Part shown: positions 24,731-32,000 of the stretch, in pieces | How the letters are laid out: each line of letters opens with the position of its first letter | How positions within the stretch are numbered: the first letter of the stretch is position 1 | Assembly: GCA_016203175.1 (NCBI GenBank) | Contig: JACQNH010000044.1 | Span: forward strand, 6,426 to 38,425 | Length of the DNA: 32,000 nucleotides | Reading direction: 5' to 3' | DNA from: Candidatus Woesearchaeota archaeon | Lineage (GTDB): Archaea > Nanobdellota > Nanobdellia > SCGC-AAA011-G17 > JACQNH01 | The notes under the pieces: generated by a model | The model's input: the letters and a program-made list of their open reading frames with translations, nothing else | Told to the model about the DNA's origin: nothing | Databases searched by the model: none | Position numbers and translations under genes: made by a program

Positions 24731-25402
24731 ATGAAACTAGTTGTTCTTGGAGATATACATGGGAAATGGAAAAGAGTTAATGCAATTATTAATCACGAAC
24801 TCGACAAAGGTTTTGCATTATCTACAGGAGACTTAGGAAACTATAAATTTGAACCAGAAAATAGACAGAAAATTATATTTTGTCATGGTAATCATGAAAG
24901 TTTTCAATATATTAAAGAACTAATGGAAGATAAATCAAATAATTTAATACCTCTCAAAGCAGGAGAAATTTATACATTATCTGATGGTACAACTATAACT
25001 GCCTTACCTGGTGTATTCTCGCCCAAATTTTATGAAAAAGGATGTATTTTAAAATATTTTTCAAAAGCTGATGTAGAAAAACTTTTATGTTTAGAAAAAA
25101 AGATAGATATACTTTTAACCCACGAAGCGCCATTTGGGATTGGGGTTACAAAAAATGGTTTTGATCTAGGAAAAGAACAAATTAATCAAATAATTAAGCA
25201 TTTAAACCCAAGAATAGGTTTTTTTGGTCACCATCATTTTTTTTGTGATAAATATTTAAATACTACACGTATCATTGGTCTTGATCAACCAAATCATTCT
25301 TATATCCTTTTGGATACAGAAACATTTACTCCCAAAATAATACAAGCTTCCCTTCAAAATAGATTAGGTTACCAATATAAGTGGGAAAGGAAAGAAATTT
25401 AA
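24731..25402 (+). CDS. calcineurin-like metallophosphoesterase
   Basis: The motifs appear in canonical order: LGDIHG, TGDLGNY, CHGNHES, LLTHEAP and FFGHHH. Confidence 0.85.
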   Translation: MKLVVLGDIHGKWKRVNAIINHELDKGFALSTGDLGNYKFEPENRQKIIFCHGNHESFQYIKELMEDKSNNLIPLKAGEIYTLSDGTTITALPGVFSPKFYEKGCILKYFSKADVEKLLCLEKKIDILLTHEAPFGIGVTKNGFDLGKEQINQIIKHLNPRIGFFGHHHFFCDKYLNTTRIIGLDQPNHSYILLDTETFTPKIIQASLQNRLGYQYKWERKEI

Positions 25403-25918
25403 ATGCTAGAAAGTAAATTAAAAAATATGAAAGACGAATTCAATGAAGGCATATTATTACTAAAAAACGAAAGAAACCAAGAGGCTCTAAAATACTTTAA
25501 TTCAAAATTAGCAACTGATGATCCTTTGGTTTATTATGGAATTGCAACAGCAAAATTTAAAATAAAACAACATACTTTAACTATAGAAGAGCTATATGAA
25601 ATTATTGTTTTGTATAAAAAAGCACTAGAAAAGGACCAAAAATTTGCAGACGCTTATTTAATGTGTGGGTTAACCTATGGACAATTGGCTTCTACATTAA
25701 CAATAGCGTATAAAAGAGACCCACTTAATAAAGGTGATTCTCAAATAAATAATATTAAAAATATTCTACAACAATCAAAATGGTTTATAGAAAAAGCTAT
25801 AGAAATTAATCCTGATTTCGCCAAAAATTGCGAGCATATCCTCAATAAATTCGAAAGAAGATTTGAAGGTATTGATTCTTTAAAGAAGTTTTATGAAAAT
25901 AGATCTCAATTTAACTAA
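25403..25918 (+). CDS. TPR-like helical repeat protein
   Basis: The 171-aa protein is all-helical in character. It has TPR-like segments (EALKYFNSKLATDDPLVYYGIATA; YKKALEKDQKFADAYLMCGLTYGQL; IEKAIEINPDFAKN). It begins directly after the phosphoesterase stop. Confidence 0.5.
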   Translation: MLESKLKNMKDEFNEGILLLKNERNQEALKYFNSKLATDDPLVYYGIATAKFKIKQHTLTIEELYEIIVLYKKALEKDQKFADAYLMCGLTYGQLASTLTIAYKRDPLNKGDSQINNIKNILQQSKWFIEKAIEINPDFAKNCEHILNKFERRFEGIDSLKKFYENRSQFN

Positions 25919-28900
25919 CGTGTTAAAGGAATATTTCCTGACTTATCAAAAGGACCCTCTTCTCTAACAACTCCAACTTGAATTTTCTTCACACCGAGGG
26001 ATTTCCCTAAATCAATCATTTCCCCTTCAAGTTTATGTATTGGATCAATAACTTTTAGATATCGTGCATTTATTAAGCCAGTAGGATAATCCTTCTGAAA
26101 TTTTTTTAAATCTTTTTCTGCACTAGAGTAAGTACTTATTTTGAATGCATCTTCAATTTTTTTTGCTATACTATTATAGTTTTGTTCATCCATAACAATA
26201 TTTATATCAATATCTTTATCAGATCCAAAAACAAATCTTTCACCTGTTTTAGAAGAAACACCTATAACAGAACTACCAACAACCATTACTTTTTTTGGAT
26301 CATATGTAAAAGGAAGTCTATCAAGAACATCAAATACACCATTAGATAACTGAGTAAACATATCTTTATTAAAACCAAAAGGTAAACCAGTCTCCTTTAC
26401 TTTTAGATGTAATGGGGGATTACAAGATTTTGCAATAGTCTTTCCAACATTTGCTTGTGTTGTTAAAAGATAATCTTCTACAAATTCAAAAACTTCTGAA
26501 GGCATATTAGGAAATCTCGGAATAACTTGCTCAATAACAAATTCTGTTGGATCAAAGTCCATAAGTCGATAAAAGTTCTCATCTGCAACAGGTATCTCCT
26601 CGGGTGTTGGTGCAGGAATACCTTTTATTATATCTTCAAGCGTTTTTTTAGTAGCATCTGTTACTTCTCTAACTCTAACTGGTTCTAGGAATTTAGCATG
26701 TTCAAAATCATAACCTAAAACTTTTCCTTCAGGTGCTATCCCAAGATTATGGAGTAACAATTTCCCACTTTGTGTTAGCCCTATACCAAAATCATCATCA
26801 CCAATTAAATATCGTAAAACCTTAATTTTATTAGCAGCTGTTTTTGTTATTTGAAAGGGATCTCCCCCTTCAACTGCTAATTGTAATGAACCCTCAACAT
26901 TTCCCAAACCTGAAATTTCTTCTAGTTCACTTGGCTTTATACTTGCACCTTCTATTTGTTGAGGTGTTATTTTATAACTATCAGTTTCTGGAACTGCACC
27001 TAATTCTAATTCCTCACTTAATTTGTATACAATTTCTTCAATCTTCCCACTATTCCCTGATCTAAAAAATGCCTTTACACCATTCTTAAATATAACCCGA
27101 TAAGCTTTACTATAAGCAGAAATAGGACCAATTATAACAATAGTTTTTTCTATAGAATCAATTGGCATATCTTTCAAAGAAACTATATCAATTTTTGGAG
27201 CTGGTAACGCTAATCTTTCCGGCCTAAGTAGTTTACAAGTGCCTTTTTCAAGACCCACCAAATCTTTATTATTTATACAAGATTTTATTTCTAAAGCAAA
27301 ATTTTCAGGAACTCCTTCATCAACGAGTAATTGCTCTAAAGGTTTTGGTTGACTATTAAGTGCATTTCTTATAAAAGATCCTCCCAAAGTTGAAGAACCT
27401 ACAGCCATTGCTGTATCTTGAGCAGAAGCCCCAGCTTTTGCAGTACTAGCCACTAAACCTACAAGATTTTCAACAGGAATTTCTACAGGCTTAAGTAATA
27501 CAAGACCCCCTTCGCCTTCTGAAATCCTAAACATTACAAACTGACCCTTACTAATAGGTATAGGTACTAGAGTTTCAACTGCTCCTTCAACTGGAACCCC
27601 CAACAATTTTGCAAGCCAATTTACTTTTACTCTATAAGGAGTTGCTGTATAAATTTGCCCTTCAATTGGAACCTCTATTTGTTTTTCAGGAATCTCTACA
27701 GCTATTCTTTTTAAATAAGTTGTAATAATCTTCTGTCCATAGGGAGACTGTATAAAAGATTCTCCAGCAATCTTTCTTAAAGATTGTGCACCAGCTACTG
27801 CAAATAAAGCTGTGGCCCCCATATCTGCACATTTTTGACTAACTTGGAAATATTTTTCACATTCTGGTCTAAGTTCAGGTTCAATAAGATGAATCTTAGG
27901 ACACCATTCTGCATCCTTATCCAATCTAAATTCTTCAAATGCTTTAACACATTCAGGAGCCACTTCATTAAAATGATACAAAACTGCTGGAAGAGTAATT
28001 GCAGTTAAAGCTACACCTACCTTTCCTACAAGTGGAGCAATTACAGGGAAAAATCCACTAATAAAACCAACTGCCATAGGTGCAACAAGAGTCCCACCAA
28101 CTAAAAGGTACTTTGCTGTTTGCCATTCAGGATGTTCAGGAGGCATACAGAACAGATCTCTATTTTTGCTTGAAAAAAAGCTGACATCCCCCCCATAAAG
28201 TTCAGCCCCTGTTGTCATATCATCATCCCAAGGAGTAACCCCGTTCTCATAATCAACAGAATAACCTTCTTTGAAATTTTTATTACAATTAATATCCAAA
28301 AGATCAGCAGTACCACAACTCAATGCTTCTTGCTCAGGATAAGGACTTAAAGGAGCAAATGGATGCACATACTTTGCACTTATCTTTATATAATCCTCGC
28401 GAGTTGCACCTGTAAGACTTAAGGCTTTTACATACTTCTCTGGATCCAATAATTTTATTCTTTCTTTCACCGGCAATGATTGTGGTGGACTAGATCCCAA
28501 TACAATAGCATGATAATCGGGAATACCGTTATTATTGAAATCCTGCTCATCATCATCACCCTCATAATTATCACAGTCAGAAAATAATTTAGATTCTGCA
28601 AAAGGAAAACATTCTTTATTTTCTAAGCAATAATCATAATTAACACATAATTGTGGGATTTTATCTCTTTCTTTTATTGCAGCAAATCCCCCCTCAGTTT
28701 TTCCAAGATGTTTAATCATATCACAATAACCTTTATGACTTCCTAAGAATCTATCATCATCCGCATCCCAACCTTTATTATAACATTCAGGATCATCACC
28801 ATCAGCAAGGGTTACAAGAAGAGTTTTACCCAAGTGTTCAGTTTCAGTACATGTTTCCGATTCAGAATATTTTTTTATTATTTCAAAACCGGTGCGTAAG

Positions 28901-31900
28901 GTCGAATCTTCAAAAGGACTAAATATTTTAAATATATTATTCAAATCTTCTTTCCCATCATTATCAACACCATCTTTACATTTATCTTTCTTAACACAAT
29001 TTGTTTTCCAACCAGTCTCTTTTTTTAGAACAGTTTTTCTACAAGGGTTATCCTGTTCATTACCCTCTTTATCAATATATTTTTTTGAAATAAACTTATT
29101 AAAATCAAGTTCACCATATCTTGAATCAATTACTTTATCTTCTTTCTCAGGAAGACAATTAAATGCAACATCTAATTTAGACTCTACCCCTGATCCAGTT
29201 ATAAAATTAAGCTCACATCTAGCATCTTTATTCGTTTTTAAGGGAAATACATTTGGTATTATAGTCTCTTTTGCCCCACCAGGTGAAAATCTACATTCAT
29301 TTATACCACTAGATTCTTCAAGGTGGATTACACATTGTTCATCCTCTTCACACGCTGTTCCATCAGATAAACCATTCCAAACCCCGGTGCATTTATTATT
29401 TGTTCCACATATCCTTGGTCTATCATCCCCTCCTAAGACAGGATAATTACAAAAAGAACATGCGGCATACAATGTAGACTTACAAATACCAACTCTAGAC
29501 ACCTTTCTATCCACACATTTATCATCCCCAAACAAAGCCCACAAATTAAGATCATTATTACAACTATTTCCAGTTTTAATCCCCCATAAATATTCATTAG
29601 TTTCACTATTTTGACAACATACTACAGCAGAACAAAATGATTCATCATTAGATGGATCATCATTACAATCCAAAGGACCACAATAACCTCCTTCTGGTGA
29701 AAAGCCATCATTATCTTTATCAGAACAAACAGAACAACCAGTATAATCCCGAATACCAGAAAAATCAATAGTAAATTCTCCTTCAGCATAATCTTGTCTA
29801 ATTTTATTAAGACCTACACTAAATTTTTTATCAGCATAATATAAATATAAATTTGGAATCTGAATCAATTCACCTTGAAGAGAGAATTTAATTTTTGTTT
29901 TATCACGAACATTACTTATGCTTCTTGTATCACTTGGCAACTGACCTTCAGAACTGTCACTAATAGGCGGATCAATAAAAAACTTAGTAATCCTAAGCTT
30001 TCCTTTACCACCTATGCTTGTTCTTGAATCTTGACCTCCGCTTATAAATGCAGGACAAGAAATAACTTTACCTATAATAGGGCAACTATACACATTAGTG
30101 TCTGTACTACATTGAGTTTCAACTTCTGTTTTAAGCCCAATTAGGTTCTGTTTATCTTGATTATCCACCTTTCCATCATTATTTAAATCTAATAATTGTG
30201 AAAAATCATCTCCACGTAAATATTTTTCAAAAATTAATAAATCACGTCCCCCAACCTTTCCATCACTATCAAGATCTCCTTTTATACCCTCTTTAATTTT
30301 ACAAGGCAACTCTTCACCTGGATGTTCTTGTAACCAAGTTTCCATACCAAAAAAAGGTAAACAAGATACTTCACTAATGGTTTTTATCTTTACAACACTC
30401 AATTTATACCCACTTTCAGCATTACCTTCAATAGAGTAAGCTAGTTTTGTTCCAGAAGGTAAATCTTTAAAAAATAATTCAGCAATTTTTTTTATAGGAT
30501 CTTTAAAATTATCACAACTTATTTTAAAAGAATTTGGTAATTCATTAAAATTATTTTTATCAGACCAAACATCTACAGCATTTTGTTCTATAAATATCTT
30601 TGAAATAGTTTTAGTTCCGCCTTCCGCAATGTTTACTGTAGATATAACTTTTTGACAATCCCCAAAAGGTAAAGTATAGGAATGGTCTTGACCCGAGGTT
30701 ACATAAATACTTTTTGGAGTAACCCCTATATTTTGCCCATCTAAAATAATAGTAACCCCGCTTGGTTGGGAACTAAAATCTAATTTTCCTTTTCCTTCAA
30801 ATAAATTATATTGAAGATTAGTTTGTTGTATTTCAGATATACTTACAGAGCTAAATATTTTTATTAAATCCTCTTTTTTAACAGTTATTTTATAATTTCC
30901 AGGAATAAGCATAAAAGGTCTTGTTCGTGGTGAAGTTTCTTCATTAATAAACACTTGTGCATCTAACGGATTTCCACTAATCTCTAAATTTGTTACAAGT
31001 GTAGTTTGTAAATTTGTTGTTTGTCCACTATTAATTATTGCAGACTGAGAAAAACTTACATAACCAGCTTTTGAAATTTTTATATTATAATTCCCAATAG
31101 GGAGAGTAATTGAAATAATCCCATTAGAGTCAGTTTTTCCTCGCGGTGTTGTTTCTTGATTAATAAAAATATTAGCATCAGGATTAGAAGTGATTTTTAA
31201 AACCCCTGGTGCTGTTTGTTGTAAAGTTGCACTAATAGGGGTTGTTTCACCACCATAAGCATATTGAGTTATTGTCTGAGAATTATAACCACTTTTACTT
31301 AAAACAACTGTATGATAAGTATTTCCACTTAAATCAGAAACTGTTAATGGACTTATCCCCCTACTTACACCATCGACAGTTACACTTGCTCCTAAAGGAT
31401 TTGAAGTAATACTTATTGTAGAAGAAAGAGGGCTTCCAAAATTTGCAGTAAATGTAGTTGTTTCACCACCATAAGCATATTGCGTAACTTGTTGATTACT
31501 ATAACCTCTAATAGTAAAATACACAGTATATTGTTGATTTCCAGATAAAGAAACTGAAAAAGGAGTGCAACATCCAGCAGTAGCTCCACTTACACTCGCA
31601 CCGACAGGTATAGTTTGAAGATTTAAAGTTGCAACAGAAGGATTTCCTAATAATCGAGTAACTGTGGCCCTTCCCCCTGATACAACATTTTGATTGGCTA
31701 TCGAATCTACATAACCTCTTTTAATAAGTTTAACAGAATGAGTACCTGCTGAAACTGAAATATCAACCTGTCCACTAGTACTTGTTTGTCCCCCCCTAAC
31801 ATTGTCAATATAAATATCCGCAACGCAACGATTATCTCCAATATCAGCACATCTAGCATCTATTCTAAAAACCCCAGTACCAATCTGAAGTCCAGTAATT

Positions 31901-32000
31901 AAATTAGGTTTATCAAGATTTTTTTCTTTTAATTCCCTCACTGCAGAACCACTAACAACACCTAATCCAGAACCCCCACTTGAAATTGTAAAACCATTCA
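25915..32000 (-). CDS. giant multidomain surface/membrane protein (more than 2,027 aa, 5' end outside the window)
   Basis: The frame stays open upstream of the tracked GTG at 31941 to the window edge (..NGFTISSGGSGLGVVSGSAVRELKEK..). The domains read by eye are:
- PEGA/CarboxypepD_reg-like repeats (aa ~40-450), including a 72-aa tandem unit.
- A dockerin-like pair (aa 555-602).
- Cys/Asp-rich repeats (aa ~735-1275).
- A hydrophobic stretch (aa 1277-1324).
- A roughly 680-aa C-terminal region. Confidence 0.8.
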   Translation of the reverse strand, partial: NGFTISSGGSGLGVVSGSAVRELKEKNLDKPNLITGLQIGTGVFRIDARCADIGDNRCVADIYIDNVRGGQTSTSGQVDISVSAGTHSVKLIKRGYVDSIANQNVVSGGRATVTRLLGNPSVATLNLQTIPVGASVSGATAGCCTPFSVSLSGNQQYTVYFTIRGYSNQQVTQYAYGGETTTFTANFGSPLSSTISITSNPLGASVTVDGVSRGISPLTVSDLSGNTYHTVVLSKSGYNSQTITQYAYGGETTPISATLQQTAPGVLKITSNPDANIFINQETTPRGKTDSNGIISITLPIGNYNIKISKAGYVSFSQSAIINSGQTTNLQTTLVTNLEISGNPLDAQVFINEETSPRTRPFMLIPGNYKITVKKEDLIKIFSSVSISEIQQTNLQYNLFEGKGKLDFSSQPSGVTIILDGQNIGVTPKSIYVTSGQDHSYTLPFGDCQKVISTVNIAEGGTKTISKIFIEQNAVDVWSDKNNFNELPNSFKISCDNFKDPIKKIAELFFKDLPSGTKLAYSIEGNAESGYKLSVVKIKTISEVSCLPFFGMETWLQEHPGEELPCKIKEGIKGDLDSDGKVGGRDLLIFEKYLRGDDFSQLLDLNNDGKVDNQDKQNLIGLKTEVETQCSTDTNVYSCPIIGKVISCPAFISGGQDSRTSIGGKGKLRITKFFIDPPISDSSEGQLPSDTRSISNVRDKTKIKFSLQGELIQIPNLYLYYADKKFSVGLNKIRQDYAEGEFTIDFSGIRDYTGCSVCSDKDNDGFSPEGGYCGPLDCNDDPSNDESFCSAVVCCQNSETNEYLWGIKTGNSCNNDLNLWALFGDDKCVDRKVSRVGICKSTLYAACSFCNYPVLGGDDRPRICGTNNKCTGVWNGLSDGTACEEDEQCVIHLEESSGINECRFSPGGAKETIIPNVFPLKTNKDARCELNFITGSGVESKLDVAFNCLPEKEDKVIDSRYGELDFNKFISKKYIDKEGNEQDNPCRKTVLKKETGWKTNCVKKDKCKDGVDNDGKEDLNNIFKIFSPFEDSTLRTGFEIIKKYSESETCTETEHLGKTLLVTLADGDDPECYNKGWDADDDRFLGSHKGYCDMIKHLGKTEGGFAAIKERDKIPQLCVNYDYCLENKECFPFAESKLFSDCDNYEGDDDEQDFNNNGIPDYHAIVLGSSPPQSLPVKERIKLLDPEKYVKALSLTGATREDYIKISAKYVHPFAPLSPYPEQEALSCGTADLLDINCNKNFKEGYSVDYENGVTPWDDDMTTGAELYGGDVSFFSSKNRDLFCMPPEHPEWQTAKYLLVGGTLVAPMAVGFISGFFPVIAPLVGKVGVALTAITLPAVLYHFNEVAPECVKAFEEFRLDKDAEWCPKIHLIEPELRPECEKYFQVSQKCADMGATALFAVAGAQSLRKIAGESFIQSPYGQKIITTYLKRIAVEIPEKQIEVPIEGQIYTATPYRVKVNWLAKLLGVPVEGAVETLVPIPISKGQFVMFRISEGEGGLVLLKPVEIPVENLVGLVASTAKAGASAQDTAMAVGSSTLGGSFIRNALNSQPKPLEQLLVDEGVPENFALEIKSCINNKDLVGLEKGTCKLLRPERLALPAPKIDIVSLKDMPIDSIEKTIVIIGPISAYSKAYRVIFKNGVKAFFRSGNSGKIEEIVYKLSEELELGAVPETDSYKITPQQIEGASIKPSELEEISGLGNVEGSLQLAVEGGDPFQITKTAANKIKVLRYLIGDDDFGIGLTQSGKLLLHNLGIAPEGKVLGYDFEHAKFLEPVRVREVTDATKKTLEDIIKGIPAPTPEEIPVADENFYRLMDFDPTEFVIEQVIPRFPNMPSEVFEFVEDYLLTTQANVGKTIAKSCNPPLHLKVKETGLPFGFNKDMFTQLSNGVFDVLDRLPFTYDPKKVMVVGSSVIGVSSKTGERFVFGSDKDIDINIVMDEQNYNSIAKKIEDAFKISTYSSAEKDLKKFQKDYPTGLINARYLKVIDPIHKLEGEMIDLGKSLGVKKIQVGVVREEGPFDKSGNIPLTR

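Noticed and set aside
26844-29446. Plus-strand ORFs 26844..27065 and 28892..29446 inside the giant gene
   Set aside because: They are antisense to a 6-kb continuous ORF with recognisable domains. They are Ser/Leu/Phe-rich shadow ORFs.

Overview
This is an AT-rich archaeal window. Archaeal markers are aEF-1beta, RadA, an RPA41-like ssDNA-binding protein, CDP-archaeol synthase and a geranylgeranyl reductase. Genes are tightly packed and often overlap by 1-8 nt. A small-genome, DPANN-like lineage is my inference only.

Four things stand out.
1. Three large LAGLIDADG inteins lie within about 22 kb. They sit in a geranylgeranyl reductase (709..2343), RadA (5806..7386) and the P-loop of a pilus-type secretion ATPase (20107..22221). 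All three have Thr as the +1 residue.
2. A two-part type IV pilus-like locus spans 9677..23613. It holds an intein-containing ATPase, a FlaJ/TadC-like platform protein and at least 10 genes with class III ([KR][KR]G) signal peptides. Two of these are missing from the ORF track. An A24 prepilin peptidase lies at 3162..4019.
3. A giant ORF of more than 2,027 aa (25915..32000) runs off the window. It has PEGA-like repeats, a dockerin-like module, Cys/Asp-rich repeats, a hydrophobic anchor and a C-terminal region with a nucleotidyltransferase-like motif.
4. A recombination neighbourhood (RPA, a small acidic-tailed protein, radA) contains an unexplained GC-rich island. It also holds one copy of a 35-37 bp element; the second copy sits inside the pilin cluster.

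Other content: tRNA-Arg(GCG), an untracked Zn-ribbon gene upstream of EF-1beta, a variant HIT protein, a translationally coupled PHP-phosphoesterase/CarS pair, a metallophosphoesterase and a TPR-like protein. I saw no CRISPR array, rRNA gene or transposase. All functional calls rest on motif recognition by eye; no database search was possible.
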